Shown piece by piece: positions 1 through 10,397 of a stretch of 64,000 nt of DNA; position 1 is the first letter of the stretch, and each line of letters starts with the position of its first letter. The DNA comes from an uncultured Candidatus Saccharibacteria bacterium (lineage in GTDB: Bacteria > Patescibacteriota > Minisyncoccia > Phycocordibacterales > CAYGLL01), in assembly GCA_964350935.1 (NCBI GenBank), contig CAYGLL010000001.1, positions 38,090 to 102,089 on the forward strand, in the 5' to 3' direction. The position numbers were made by a program, and so were the translations under genes. The notes beneath the pieces are model-generated. The model saw only the letters and a program-made list of their open reading frames with translations. It ran no database searches and was not told the origin of the DNA.

Positions 1-28
1 TGCTGTCGTGTATAAATGAAGTAATCAT

Positions 29-1636
29 ATGCTCGAATTTTTGAAGAACAGGCGCGTTCAGTCGGGGTTTCTGGCCGCTGTTTCTATTATCGCTGTCCTC
101 GTTTTTTTTGCTGAGATCGCTGTTTTGGTGTTGTATCGCGAAACCTGGGCCGACGAGGTTTTCTCATCGTTCAAGTCGTACCTCTTACTTAAGGGCTCCT
201 TCACGCCTTTTGTGGAGAGTAATTTTGAATATTCTCCGCTCGTTATTTTCACCTTCGGTCTCGTTCAGTACTTTTTCGGTCCCAATCTCTATGCGGGACG
301 TATTCTTTCGGTTGTCTTTCTCATTCTTGCTACTGGAATTTTTTCGTATCTTTTGAAACGCCGCGCCGGGTCGTGGGGCATGGTAGCGGGGTGGGGACTA
401 CTCCTGAGCAATATACTCTTGATGGGGAACTATATCACGACCACGATGTATGCGCTTTCGTTCCTGCTTCTCATGGTACTCATCCTGATTCAGGAGAAGG
501 TTGTCCGAATAGTGCCGCAGGTTGTGCTCTCTTCAGTCGTCATTTCACTCCTCATACTCGCGCGTATCAACATGATCGCTGCGTTCATTGCGTACCTCGC
601 GTATTTGCTGATTTCAAAAGTGAAAATTCGCTATGCGTTCTTTTCGGTTGCTATCGTAGCTGTCGTTATTGTCCTCGCCTATATCCCGATCGTACGGGCT
701 AACCCTGATCTTGCGATTGCAACCATTTTGAGTCCGTTTGGGAACTTTGGCCCGCTCAAGGAGTTGCCTACTTCTCTTAAGGTCGGCGGCCAGACGATTT
801 TTCGCTTCATTGAAATTTTGAGTCTTTTTGTGCGCGAGTACTTCGGGTATTTGCTCATTGGCTTTCTCTCCGTTGTGGCGGTTTCCTACGCACACATGAA
901 AGAGAAAAAGTTTGGCCTGCTGCTCGCGGACCGCGCGTATTTTCTTGCCGTTACGCTCGCGGTCGTACTTTTAGGAACTCACTATTTTTATTGGCGCATC
1001 GTTTCAAACGTCTATTATGCAAACTACTTTATCCCGGTCATTATTTTGGTTGCAGTACTGAGTATTGCAAAAATGACTTCGCAGCGAGCACTTCTTTGGG
1101 GTGTGGTTGTCACCGTGATCGGGCTCAACGTACTTATGAATATATTTCGAACCGATGTGATTTCCGATCCGCGCGCCGAGTCTGACATTTCACGTGTCGA
1201 ACGGGGTGCGGAAGCGGTTAGGAAAAACACCAAACCGGAAGATACTATTCTTACGTTTGATAATTCGATCTACCACGTCTACCTTGCTGATCGTCGCACG
1301 TATTTTCCTCTTATGAATCGTGACTTTTTGTTCCTCAACAGCACCGACACGCCGATGGTTCGCTCGATCGGGTTTTACAATACTGAGATGGTAAAGGAGT
1401 GGCTCACCAATGATGCGGATTATCTTCTCCTCCACGCTGAACGTTGGCCGTCTTCGTTCATTCGTTCGCGCTTTTGGGGAACTGCCGAGGGGGGCCTTAT
1501 GAACGATATTAAGGTTCTTGATCAGACTATTAAGAATGATTACGAGCTGGTGGATACGGTGTACAATGTCTATCCAAGGAAGTACACTGAAGGAAATGAC
1601 GGTGGAACGCTGTTAATATATAGACGTATCAAATGA
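29..1636 (+). CDS. GT-C fold integral-membrane glycosyltransferase (ArnT/PMT-like): about 11 TM helices N-terminal, soluble C-terminal domain
   Basis: Hydrophobic multi-TM N-terminal two-thirds and a roughly 180-aa soluble C-terminus. Its stop overlaps the start of the GT2 polyprenyl-phosphate glycosyltransferase gene at 1633 (ATGA), the classic ArnC/ArnT-type pairing. Confidence 0.5.
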   Translation: MLEFLKNRRVQSGFLAAVSIIAVLVFFAEIAVLVLYRETWADEVFSSFKSYLLLKGSFTPFVESNFEYSPLVIFTFGLVQYFFGPNLYAGRILSVVFLILATGIFSYLLKRRAGSWGMVAGWGLLLSNILLMGNYITTTMYALSFLLLMVLILIQEKVVRIVPQVVLSSVVISLLILARINMIAAFIAYLAYLLISKVKIRYAFFSVAIVAVVIVLAYIPIVRANPDLAIATILSPFGNFGPLKELPTSLKVGGQTIFRFIEILSLFVREYFGYLLIGFLSVVAVSYAHMKEKKFGLLLADRAYFLAVTLAVVLLGTHYFYWRIVSNVYYANYFIPVIILVAVLSIAKMTSQRALLWGVVVTVIGLNVLMNIFRTDVISDPRAESDISRVERGAEAVRKNTKPEDTILTFDNSIYHVYLADRRTYFPLMNRDFLFLNSTDTPMVRSIGFYNTEMVKEWLTNDADYLLLHAERWPSSFIRSRFWGTAEGGLMNDIKVLDQTIKNDYELVDTVYNVYPRKYTEGNDGGTLLIYRRIK

Positions 1637-2583
1637 AACTCTCAGTAGTGGTCCCCATTTACAATGAAAAGGAGAACGTCCCCTTGTTGGTGGACGAGCT
1701 TCGGCCTGTTCTTGCGTCGGTTGCGCCCAACTCGTTTGAGATTATTGCTGTTGATGACGGATCAATCGATGGTACGCACGAGGAGTTATTGAAACAGGCG
1801 AAAAGTCATCGCGAATTAAAGGTAATTACGTTTGCGCGTAATTACGGACAAACGGCAGCTCTCGACGCTGGTCTTAAGAAGGCAGAGGGAGAAATAATCG
1901 TAACGATCGACAGTGACCTTGAGAATGATCCTCGCGATATTCCAAAATTATTGGAATTGCTGGATAAAGGATTTGATCTTGCGTCTGGTTGGAGAAAGGG
2001 TCGCTGGGAGAATCAGACTTTTTCGCGAAAAATTCCATCTATTGTTGCGAACGCTCTCATTTCAAAAGTAGGAGGAGTGAAACTTCACGACTACGGATGT
2101 ACCTTGAAGGCATACCGAAAAGAAGTAATTACGGATCTTCCACTCTATGGTGATATGCATCGCTTTATTCCGATCTACGTGAGTCGTAACGGAGGGAAGG
2201 TGACTGAAATGCAGGTTAACTATCGTCCGCGCCGTTTTGGTGCAAGTAAGTATGGTTTTTCACGCACTGGCCGCGTGTTCCTTGATCTATTTTTCATTAA
2301 GTTTGTCACGAAGTACATGAACCGTCCGATGCATTTTTTCGGAGGTCTCGGACTTTTGAGCTTGCTCGCCGGTTCCGGTTTTGGACTCTGGGCGATCATT
2401 TTAAAACTCACCGGTTTACGAACCTTTGTTTCGACGCCGTTGCCGATTCTTGCCGCGCTCTGCGTTATCGTCGCGGTTCAACTAGTGGTACTCGGCGTTG
2501 TTTCTGAAGTTTTAATGCGCATCTACTACGAATCACAGAAAAAAAATCCTTACCGCGTCAAAAGTACGGTAAATTTTTCTTAA
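1633..2583 (+). CDS. GT2 polyprenyl-phosphate sugar transferase (ArnC/GtrB/dolichyl-phosphate glycosyltransferase-like) with C-terminal TM helices
   Basis: VVVPIYNE...AVDDGSIDGT...TIDSDLENDP motifs (GT-A DxD) followed by two C-terminal TM segments. ORF from the six-frame track. Confidence 0.8.
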   Translation: MKLSVVVPIYNEKENVPLLVDELRPVLASVAPNSFEIIAVDDGSIDGTHEELLKQAKSHRELKVITFARNYGQTAALDAGLKKAEGEIIVTIDSDLENDPRDIPKLLELLDKGFDLASGWRKGRWENQTFSRKIPSIVANALISKVGGVKLHDYGCTLKAYRKEVITDLPLYGDMHRFIPIYVSRNGGKVTEMQVNYRPRRFGASKYGFSRTGRVFLDLFFIKFVTKYMNRPMHFFGGLGLLSLLAGSGFGLWAIILKLTGLRTFVSTPLPILAALCVIVAVQLVVLGVVSEVLMRIYYESQKKNPYRVKSTVNFS

Positions 2584-2587
2584 GGCT

Positions 2588-4471
2588 ATGTGTGGCATCG
2601 TCGGCTTTATCGGAAGTGGCGGCAACGAGGACTTAGACCGGATGGTCGAGTCACTTCGACATCGTGGCCCCGATGATCACGGAAGCTTTTTTAAAGATGG
2701 CGTGGCATTGGGTCAGACGCGACTTTCGATTATTGATCTTTCGCCCACGGGTCATCAGCCGATGTGGGACGAGCAAGGGAAGGTCGGCCTCGTGTTTAAC
2801 GGGGAGATCTATAATTTTCAGAAACTGCGGGCGGAACTTCTCAAAAAGGGCCATACGTTTAAAGGTGGTTCAGACACGGAAGTGGTTCTTCAGGCATATC
2901 GTGCGTACGGCAAAAAATGTTTTGAAAAGTTTGAAGGTATGTTTGCGATCGGCATTTACGACAGTCGTAGCGACGAACTCATACTTGCACGTGACCGAAT
3001 GGGTAAGAAGCCGCTGTTTTACTGCCCCTTAAAGAATGGCTTCGTGTTTGGTTCTGAAATGAAAGCACTCTTCGCTTACTCTGCGCTTCCTAAAAAGGTT
3101 AATCTTCAGGCGCTTAATAAATATCTGCAGTATGAATATGTGCCAACCCCTATGACAATCCTTGAGGGTGTGTACAAACTTGAACCGGGGTCGCTTCTCA
3201 TTTATTCGAAGCGTGGGTATGTTGTTGAAAAATACTGGAAACCCGATATGAGCGAGAAGGATATGACACTTCCCGAAGCACTCTCGCGGTTCGACGAGCT
3301 GCTTTCGGAGTGCGTGCGTGACCGACTGGTTGCCGATGTTCCCTTGGGAGTATTTTTAAGCGGTGGGATCGATAGCTCAACGGTTGCTTATTATGCGCAG
3401 AAAAATTCAACAGCTCGTATTAATACCTACTCGGTCGGGTTCCATGAAAGTGGCCGCGGCTATGATGAGTCAGCACAGGCAGAGCAGGTCGCGAAACATT
3501 TGGGGACTGATCACACGATGCGTATGGTTACGTCGCAGGACATGATCGACATGTTGCCCACCATCAGTAATTTGATTGATGAACCATTTTCCGATGCTTC
3601 GCTCATCCCAACTTTTTTCCTGTCACAGTTTGTCCGCAAGCATATCACCGTTGCGCTTTCGGGTGACGGCGCTGACGAGCTTTTCGCCGGCTATTCAACA
3701 TTCCAGGCTGACCGGTTTGCACATTGGTATGAAAAAATTCCGCAATCAATTCGTCGCGGCCTCTTTGAAATTCCTATCGAGCATCTGCCGGTAAAAGATC
3801 GTTACTTCAGTCTTGAGTTTAAACTGAAGAAATTTTTCGATGGTTTTACCGGAAGCGCCCACCATCGGCACCAACTTTGGCTCGGTAGTTTTAATCGTCT
3901 CGAACGCTCGCGATTACTTGCGCCTGCGGTGTGGGAGAAGGTGAAGAGTTTAAATGAGTTTGATGATACCGATCGCTATCTCTCGGAGTCAAAGGTGGAA
4001 GATGTGCGGAATCGAATGCTCTACGTTTATCAGCGTACCTATATGATGGATTTCGTGCTGGTTAAGGTTGACCGTGCGAGCATGGCGGCTTCACTTGAAG
4101 TGCGTTCACCATTTCTCGATACGCGTATTGTTGAGTTTGCGAACTCACTCCCGTACTCAATGAAGTTGAATGGCTTCACAACGAAATTTCTACTGAAAAA
4201 ATTGGTTCAGGACAAGTTGCCCTCAGAAATAGTCACACGGCCGAAAAAAGGTTTTGGAATCCCACTTGCGTACTGGTTGAAGCACGGGCTCAGGAGTACG
4301 ATGCACGAACTACTCGGAGAGTCGGAGCTCAAAAAGCACGGCCTCTTCAATGCAGCGGTTATACAAGAACTTGTGAGTGATCATGAAAGCGGTCGTAAAA
4401 ACAACGCTAAAAAAATCTGGACACTGATGGTTTTTCAGCTCTGGTACAACCGCTGGTTCAAACCAAACTAA
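2588..4471 (+). CDS. Asparagine synthase (glutamine-hydrolysing), AsnB-family amidotransferase
   Basis: N-terminal MCGIVGF (Ntn catalytic Cys2), SGGIDSS PP-loop, 627 aa. This family is often recruited as a sugar amidotransferase in glycan loci. Confidence 0.85.
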   Translation: MCGIVGFIGSGGNEDLDRMVESLRHRGPDDHGSFFKDGVALGQTRLSIIDLSPTGHQPMWDEQGKVGLVFNGEIYNFQKLRAELLKKGHTFKGGSDTEVVLQAYRAYGKKCFEKFEGMFAIGIYDSRSDELILARDRMGKKPLFYCPLKNGFVFGSEMKALFAYSALPKKVNLQALNKYLQYEYVPTPMTILEGVYKLEPGSLLIYSKRGYVVEKYWKPDMSEKDMTLPEALSRFDELLSECVRDRLVADVPLGVFLSGGIDSSTVAYYAQKNSTARINTYSVGFHESGRGYDESAQAEQVAKHLGTDHTMRMVTSQDMIDMLPTISNLIDEPFSDASLIPTFFLSQFVRKHITVALSGDGADELFAGYSTFQADRFAHWYEKIPQSIRRGLFEIPIEHLPVKDRYFSLEFKLKKFFDGFTGSAHHRHQLWLGSFNRLERSRLLAPAVWEKVKSLNEFDDTDRYLSESKVEDVRNRMLYVYQRTYMMDFVLVKVDRASMAASLEVRSPFLDTRIVEFANSLPYSMKLNGFTTKFLLKKLVQDKLPSEIVTRPKKGFGIPLAYWLKHGLRSTMHELLGESELKKHGLFNAAVIQELVSDHESGRKNNAKKIWTLMVFQLWYNRWFKPN

Positions 4472-4478
4472 GACTTTT

Positions 4479-6464
4479 CTAAGGAAGGCGGTAAATTTTT
4501 ACTCCGGCAACATTGTATTCGAGAATAAGGTCGGGATTGCTCAGAATCGGGTCGGCAGACCAGATTTTTTCGCGGTCGCCCCAATAAATATAATCGAGTC
4601 GGTACGGGGCATCTGGAATTTCTTTTTCAAGATAGGTACGGTAATCGTTTACCACTTTTGCGTGCTCTTCGGCGCTCCAGAGAGGGAAGAGGTATCCTTT
4701 GTTGGTGAAGATACTACCTTTCTCGCGCGCGCGGTACTGATCAGTAAAGAGAAATGAAATGCCCTCGTGGTCTTCATCTTTTGGTGGGTAGGTTTCTTTT
4801 CGCGCAAAATAACTTCCAAATGTTTCTGCTCTAACCCCCTGGATACGATTGGCGTAGGAGAATCGCTCCATAATTTCTGCGTTGGAGGCAATGGTGTCGA
4901 GACCGTCCGGCACGAAAAGTTTGTTGTGAGTAAAGTGTTTGATGAGGGTATTAGTGACGAATGAGAGGCTTGAAACAACAGAACCTTCGGGTGTATGTTC
5001 CTCGAGCCATTGAATACTTTTATCGTCTGCCTCTTCAAGCGTTGCCGTTTCCATATTGTTGAATATATATTCGCGTTTGATGGTGGCTCCTTTAGCAAAA
5101 AGTACGGCTATGGCAATGATTGAAAGAAGCGTAATAAAACGGCGTTTATCAACCCCCCATTTTTTTAGCACGAAGTACCCGGCAACTATGAGCACGAGCG
5201 CTGCCGCAATCGCAAACGCCTCGAAAGTCACCGCAGGATCTTTGGTAATCAGAGCTTTAACTGAGAGGAGAGCAGCCGCGATGAGGGAAAGAGGGATAAC
5301 TGTTTTTTTGGAGAAGAGTTGAAGACGATTTTTTAGGAATTCATATCCGAGAACAATAAAGGTGAGCGTTAACAGAAATTGTCGCGGCTTGATCCAGTGA
5401 TCTGGTTGGGGATTGAAACCGGTAATTATCTGAAAGTTATAAACAAAAAAGACGGGCAAGAGGAGTGCGGGAAAAAGGAGTGCAAAGGTGGGATTTTTTT
5501 TGCGATACAAAAGATACATGAGTACGGCGAGCCCTGTGTGTTGAGCGTAGGCAAAGAGAACCATCGGGTAGAGAAAGACATCGTATGTGTGTTCAGGGCC
5601 GATACGAGCTGAGATGTCGGTGTAGGCCGGGAGCGATGTTACTTCAAAGAAATTAATCCAGTAGGGAATTGATAGTACAAGACCGATACCAAGAATTGTT
5701 CCTATCGTTTTCGCGTCTTTGAAGCGTTTGGCGATAAGAAAAAGAATGAGTCCAATTCCGAGCGCGGCGGAGAGGTACGCCATGTAGTAGAAATAGGTGT
5801 AGAACAGAACTCCGTAAGCGACACCCGCAGCGATTGTCCAGAATCGCCGTTTCGTTTTCATCGCTTTGAAAATCAGAATAAGTGCGATGAGGAAAAGGGG
5901 AACAGTAAACAGGGGATCTTCAAAACGGTTGAAGTAGAGGCGGTACTGAGGATTGAAAAATTGGCCGAGATACCACGCTTGATAGTATTTGGTGAAGAGT
6001 GGAACGTATGCAAGGTAGCGTGGTATGAAGATCGAGAGGGAGGCGAAAATAAGTGATGCAATCCGCATACCGACAATCTCGAACGCAAGAATATAGAAGA
6101 GAATAAAAATTATCGGCGGGATAAGAAAATCAGCGAGCTCGAGTCCGCCGGTCATGCTTCCCGTTATTTTTGCGAACGACCCCAGACCATAATAGGGAAC
6201 CGGTGGTAAAAAGGCCGGTGTGTCCGCATACTCAGCTATGCTAATGTCCCCACTCGCCTTGCCGGTGAGGAACACTTCTTTTGCTTTAGGAATGCTGTGG
6301 TAGCGTTCGTCGACTCCGATCAAGGTCGGGTAATACGGACGACTTTGCTCAGAAAGAATATCCGGGAGGACGAGGTGGTGTGCGCCGTGAATAAGTGAGA
6401 CTAAAAAGGCCAGTACCACCACAACGTAGTGCTTTTTCAGGTTTTCTCGAACAGAGTTAAACAT
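4479..6464 (-). CDS. Large integral membrane protein, probable GT-C-like glycosyltransferase (multi-TM core plus about 220-aa soluble C-terminal domain)
   Basis: 661-aa ORF with more than 10 predicted TM helices followed by a hydrophilic C-terminal domain. The architecture and C-terminal region resemble the 29-1636 protein. Confidence 0.45.
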   Translation of the reverse strand: MFNSVRENLKKHYVVVVLAFLVSLIHGAHHLVLPDILSEQSRPYYPTLIGVDERYHSIPKAKEVFLTGKASGDISIAEYADTPAFLPPVPYYGLGSFAKITGSMTGGLELADFLIPPIIFILFYILAFEIVGMRIASLIFASLSIFIPRYLAYVPLFTKYYQAWYLGQFFNPQYRLYFNRFEDPLFTVPLFLIALILIFKAMKTKRRFWTIAAGVAYGVLFYTYFYYMAYLSAALGIGLILFLIAKRFKDAKTIGTILGIGLVLSIPYWINFFEVTSLPAYTDISARIGPEHTYDVFLYPMVLFAYAQHTGLAVLMYLLYRKKNPTFALLFPALLLPVFFVYNFQIITGFNPQPDHWIKPRQFLLTLTFIVLGYEFLKNRLQLFSKKTVIPLSLIAAALLSVKALITKDPAVTFEAFAIAAALVLIVAGYFVLKKWGVDKRRFITLLSIIAIAVLFAKGATIKREYIFNNMETATLEEADDKSIQWLEEHTPEGSVVSSLSFVTNTLIKHFTHNKLFVPDGLDTIASNAEIMERFSYANRIQGVRAETFGSYFARKETYPPKDEDHEGISFLFTDQYRAREKGSIFTNKGYLFPLWSAEEHAKVVNDYRTYLEKEIPDAPYRLDYIYWGDREKIWSADPILSNPDLILEYNVAGVKIYRLP

Positions 6465-6562
6465 GGCTCGAATTATACATGTATTGGTAATATTTCAAAT
6501 TGAATAAAGACCAAAAGAATGTTACATTTTCACGGTGAAATGCGGCGGGGTCGTCGTAGAAA

Positions 6563-7135
6563 TTGCTTATGAAAAAAGTAAATCTAGGTTCCGGACAGTT
6601 TAATAAAGAGGGATTTATCAACGTTGATTTTGATTCGCATACGTCACCCGACGTAGTGCACAATCTTGATGTCTTTCCATACCCATTCGAGTCAAACTCA
6701 GTTGACTATGTTGAGGCAGACCACGTGTTGGAGCACCTGAGTGATCCGTGGAAAACGATGGCCGAAATTCAGCGCATTTTAAAGCCCGGGTCAACCTGCA
6801 GTATCCGCGTCCCGCATTTTTCCCGGGGGTTTTCTCATCCGGATCACAAGCGCGGCTTTGATGTAACCTTTCCGTACTATTTCGATCCGGCATTTAAGGG
6901 CGGATATTCGGGGACTGAGCTTCAGTGCGAATCGGTTACACTTACCTGGTTTGCTCAGCCATATTTTAAGAAAACTGTTTTTTCTCCGGGGTTGTTCTAT
7001 TTTCTTACGTTTGTCGGAACACTCGTAGATTTTTTTGCATGGATCTCGCCCCCCGCATGTTCGCGTATCTGGTGTTTCTGGGTCGGCGGATTTGAAGAGG
7101 TGAGTTTTATTTTAAAAAAACCGATTAAAAAGTAA
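6563..7135 (+). CDS. Class I SAM-dependent methyltransferase (small Methyltransf_11-like)
   Basis: VNLGSG glycine-rich SAM motif, acidic motif-II region, and a conserved LKPGS... post-I region, as in the other methyltransferases in this locus. Confidence 0.55.
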   Translation: MLMKKVNLGSGQFNKEGFINVDFDSHTSPDVVHNLDVFPYPFESNSVDYVEADHVLEHLSDPWKTMAEIQRILKPGSTCSIRVPHFSRGFSHPDHKRGFDVTFPYYFDPAFKGGYSGTELQCESVTLTWFAQPYFKKTVFSPGLFYFLTFVGTLVDFFAWISPPACSRIWCFWVGGFEEVSFILKKPIKK

Positions 7136-7184
7136 TCGAATTGAGCCCTTGTTATTCAGTGCAAGAGCGACTATCATACCAAAC

Positions 7185-7640
7185 ATGATCGACGGACTTG
7201 TAGTAAAAAAAATTACCGCACACCAGGATGTTAGTGGTTTTTTCGCCGAACTTACCAAGGATGGCGAAGATTCCTACCGTGATATGAAACAGGTGAGCTA
7301 CAGCGAAACGTACCCGGGAGTTATCAAGGCTTTTCATTTACATAAGGCGTACTGGGAAAGCTGGGCTGTTGTCAAAGGAATGGCTGAGGTTGTTATTTAT
7401 GATTGTCGCGAAGATTCAAAAACGAAGGGCGAAACACAGGTTTTTGTCACCGGCGAAAAAAATATGATGTTTATCACGATTCCGCCGGGTGTTGCTCATG
7501 GTTACCGCGCGCTCGGAAATCAGGCTGTCGGTGTGATTTACTGTGCGGGTAAAGCGTACGATCCAAAAAATCCCGGTATCGAAAATATTCCCCACGATGA
7601 TTCGACGATCAACTATAACTGGAGTCGTGGAAACGGTTGA
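7185..7640 (+). CDS. Sugar-nucleotide cupin enzyme (RmlC 3,5-epimerase / FdtA-WxcM 3,4-ketoisomerase family)
   Basis: RGfHLHK...IPPGVAHGY cupin motifs. The likely start is MIDGLVV at 7185; the ORF track begins at 7149. Confidence 0.6.
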   Translation: MIDGLVVKKITAHQDVSGFFAELTKDGEDSYRDMKQVSYSETYPGVIKAFHLHKAYWESWAVVKGMAEVVIYDCREDSKTKGETQVFVTGEKNMMFITIPPGVAHGYRALGNQAVGVIYCAGKAYDPKNPGIENIPHDDSTINYNWSRGNG

Positions 7641-7682
7641 GCTTAGTATTTCACTATTTTAAAATTGTGATAAGGTTCGCGT

Positions 7683-8690
7683 ATGAAAAGCGTGCAGAAG
7701 CTTAAAGGAAAACGCGTCTTAGTTTTGGGCGGTGCCGGCTTTATCGGTACGCATCTCATTCAACGTCTCTTAACACGTGAAGATGTCGCGAGTATTGTGC
7801 TTGTTGATTCGCTCCACTCTGCACTTGGAAGCTCAACCGAAAACATCCGGCCATTTTTAAAACGTATTAACTTTATTCAAGGGGATATGGGTGATAAAAA
7901 ACTCATGGACAAACTTGTCCGTGAGGCTGATGTTATTTTCAACTGCGCCGGCCAGACATCGCATAGTTTCTCGCTCGAAGATCCGATTTTGGATACGCTC
8001 ATAAACTGTCTCGGCAACCTCACACTTTTAACCGCCATTAAGGATGCAAAGGTGAAGCCGACCGTAGTGTTTCTTTCGTCGAGTACCCTGGTGGGAAAAG
8101 CGCAGCGCGAGATTATTGATGAAACACATCCTGAAGAGCCGCTTGAAATTTATTCTGCCAACAAAGGTGTCGCTGAAAAGTACTATCGCATTTTTAACCG
8201 CGTGTATGGAATTCCAACGGTTGGCGTACGCCTCGCGAATGTGTACGGACCATTTGGAAGAGCAAAACCCTCCTTTGGCTTTATGAATTATTTTATTAAC
8301 CTCGCGAAAGAAGGGAAGCCGATAACTATTTATGGCGATGGTGGACAACTGCGTAATGTAACCTATGTTGAGGATGTGGTTGAAGCAATTATCCGTGCTG
8401 CAGGTGAGGCGAAGCTTCACGGCGGATCATTTTTTGTAACGCATCATGATCACTATACCATCAAGGAAATTGCTGAAGAGATGGTGCGCGTTTTTGAAGG
8501 AGGCTCAGTCGTGCACGTCCCGTGGCCTGACGAGCGCAAGCAGATTGAAATTGACGCGGTAAGGTTTTCCGCTGAACGTTTCCACGGTCACACCGGCTGG
8601 AAAGCAGAGCATTCGCTTAGGGAGGGCTTAGAAAAAACAAAAAAAATAATTATCGACCCGCGACTTTTCTACGGCGACGGAGACTATTGA
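7683..8690 (+). CDS. NAD-dependent sugar-nucleotide epimerase/dehydratase (extended SDR)
   Basis: VLVLGGAGFIGTHL Rossmann motif, YSANK (YxxxK) catalytic motif. Confidence 0.8.
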   Translation: MKSVQKLKGKRVLVLGGAGFIGTHLIQRLLTREDVASIVLVDSLHSALGSSTENIRPFLKRINFIQGDMGDKKLMDKLVREADVIFNCAGQTSHSFSLEDPILDTLINCLGNLTLLTAIKDAKVKPTVVFLSSSTLVGKAQREIIDETHPEEPLEIYSANKGVAEKYYRIFNRVYGIPTVGVRLANVYGPFGRAKPSFGFMNYFINLAKEGKPITIYGDGGQLRNVTYVEDVVEAIIRAAGEAKLHGGSFFVTHHDHYTIKEIAEEMVRVFEGGSVVHVPWPDERKQIEIDAVRFSAERFHGHTGWKAEHSLREGLEKTKKIIIDPRLFYGDGDY

Positions 8691-8715
8691 CAAAAATATA
8701 AATTTGGTCTATTGT
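8687..8715 (+). promoter_or_regulatory. Sigma70-like promoter, TTGACA-17-TATTGT, with extended motif gaCTATTGACAaaa
   Basis: TTGACA at 8687-8692, 17-nt spacer, TATTGT at 8710-8715. Lies upstream of the 8772 gene, which has the SD aaaggtga. Confidence 0.5.
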
Positions 8716-8771
8716 AGTTTTTGAACAAGTGCGCTCTTTGAGTGCGAAAACAACAACAGAAAGGTGACTGA

Positions 8772-9365
8772 ATGAATGCTGATCAGGTTGCGAGACTTAA
8801 TTTCGATGAACTTAAGGCGGAAGATCGGGAAGTCCTCCTTCTTAAGGCTTTCCGATGGATGCGGGCACAGAAGCGCCTGCCGTATCCCGTGTACATGGAA
8901 CGCGTGCAGACATTTCCGACTGTCTTTGTCGATGTGTTCACGTGTGTGAAGGGTCCCTTCGGTTGGGAGATTCTACTTGATGAAAGGCCAGCAAACGATG
9001 CTCATTTCGCAGGGAGACACCATGTTCCGGGTACGACAGTTATGCTTCGAGACTCATTCGAAGTTGCAAAGAATGTGACGATAGATGAATCTGTCTCGTC
9101 GGGCGCAGGGGATACCCTCAGATTCCTTGGTGTGATCAATTTTCCGAAAATGCACCGCGAGCACGCGGTAGTCATTGCATATCTGAGAATTCTTTCTCAG
9201 AAACCGGAGAAGCCTGCATCTGGTGCTTTCCACCGGCTTGCCGAGCTGCCTGAACCTTTGATCGAGCATCAGCGTCGTACCTACTTTCATCTGGTCCGTG
9301 CTGCTCTTGAATGCGGAGAACGCTGGCAGCCGATTGTGGTCGAGCTGCTCGAAGCGACTGAGTGA
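8772..9365 (+). CDS. Hypothetical protein (197 aa) embedded in the sugar locus
   Basis: ORF with a good SD. I recognise no family; it is followed by a strong terminator. Confidence 0.4.
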   Translation: MNADQVARLNFDELKAEDREVLLLKAFRWMRAQKRLPYPVYMERVQTFPTVFVDVFTCVKGPFGWEILLDERPANDAHFAGRHHVPGTTVMLRDSFEVAKNVTIDESVSSGAGDTLRFLGVINFPKMHREHAVVIAYLRILSQKPEKPASGAFHRLAELPEPLIEHQRRTYFHLVRAALECGERWQPIVVELLEATE

Positions 9366-9376
9366 TCTTTCATTTA

Positions 9377-9407
9377 AGCGCCACCGAACATTTCGGTGGC
9401 GCTTTTT
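9377..9407 (+). terminator. Rho-independent terminator
   Basis: GCGCCACCGAA-CAT-TTCGGTGGCGC perfect 11-bp stem followed by TTTTTT. Confidence 0.85.
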
Positions 9408-9423
9408 TAATTCCGTTGTTACT

Positions 9424-10359
9424 ATGAAGGTTATGAAAAAACAGACGGTCTTTATTACCGGAGCATTGGGCCATATCGGCTCGCGTTTGATACGGGAAAT
9501 TTCTGAAACAGTGGGAGAAGTTCGGATGCTCGACAATATGGAAGCAAAGCGTTTCTCGTCGCTCTATGATCTGCCGACGAACATTAAGTATATTTTTTAT
9601 GAGCAGGATATCCGCGCCGCCGACTTTGATGAGCTTTTGAAAGGTGTTGATGTGGTCATTCATCTTGCGGCACTTTCCGAGGCAGAAAAAAGTGTCGAGT
9701 ATAAAACCCTGGTTGAGGAGGTGAATATTAAAGGCCTCGACCGGGTTATTCAGGCTGCGATGAAAAACAAGGTAAAACTCATTTTTCCATCAACGACGAG
9801 CGTGTATGGTGACAAAATTCCGAAAGTTTTAGAGACAGGCGAGATCAGCCCGCAGAGTCCGTATGCCGATTCGAAGTTTCGAGGCGAAGAGATCATCAGA
9901 AGTTACGGCGGTAAAGGTTTGAAGTTTACGATCTTTCGCTTTGCAACGATTTACGGATTTTCCCCCGGCATGCGTTTTTCGACCGCAGTCAATCGTTTTG
10001 TCTGGCAGGCGGCAACTGGCCGGCCGCTTTCAGTCTGGAAAACAGCTTTGAAGCAGAAACGCCCCTATCTTTACCTAGGAGATTGTATTCAGGCGATTAA
10101 TCTCATTCTTGAAAAAAATATTTTTGAAGGTGAGGTGTACAACGTTTGTACTGAAAATACTGACGTTGAAACGGTAACCGAAGCGATTAAGGAATTTATC
10201 CCAAAGCTTGAGATCGGTTTAGTTGACTCAAAAGTTATGAATAGTTTTTCATACGATCTCATTACCGAAAAAATAACCAAGCTCGGTTTTGTGCCGAAGG
10301 GCAATCTACGCTCTGGTATTAAAGAAATGATTGATCATTTTCAAGGGCTTACAGGATAG
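9424..10359 (+). CDS. NAD-dependent epimerase/dehydratase family protein
   Basis: FITGALGHIGSRL Rossmann motif, YADSK catalytic motif. Start chosen at the ATG at 9424 (MKVMKKQ); the ORF-track start at 9298 would overlap the upstream gene and its terminator. Confidence 0.75.
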   Translation: MKVMKKQTVFITGALGHIGSRLIREISETVGEVRMLDNMEAKRFSSLYDLPTNIKYIFYEQDIRAADFDELLKGVDVVIHLAALSEAEKSVEYKTLVEEVNIKGLDRVIQAAMKNKVKLIFPSTTSVYGDKIPKVLETGEISPQSPYADSKFRGEEIIRSYGGKGLKFTIFRFATIYGFSPGMRFSTAVNRFVWQAATGRPLSVWKTALKQKRPYLYLGDCIQAINLILEKNIFEGEVYNVCTENTDVETVTEAIKEFIPKLEIGLVDSKVMNSFSYDLITEKITKLGFVPKGNLRSGIKEMIDHFQGLTG

Positions 10360-10397
10360 GTTGTTACGCTTCTCTGTTTCAGATAGTATATAGCGAT

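Noticed and set aside
2664-3032. 122-aa alternate-frame ORF inside the asnB-like gene; similar small ORFs occur inside most large genes
   Set aside because: These fall inside genes with clear family signatures and have no independent support. They were excluded as spurious.
9298-9423. ORF-track N-terminal extension of the epimerase gene, starting at 9298
   Set aside because: The extension would overlap the upstream gene and run through its terminator hairpin. The Rossmann-motif protein begins naturally at the ATG at 9424, so the shorter start was adopted.
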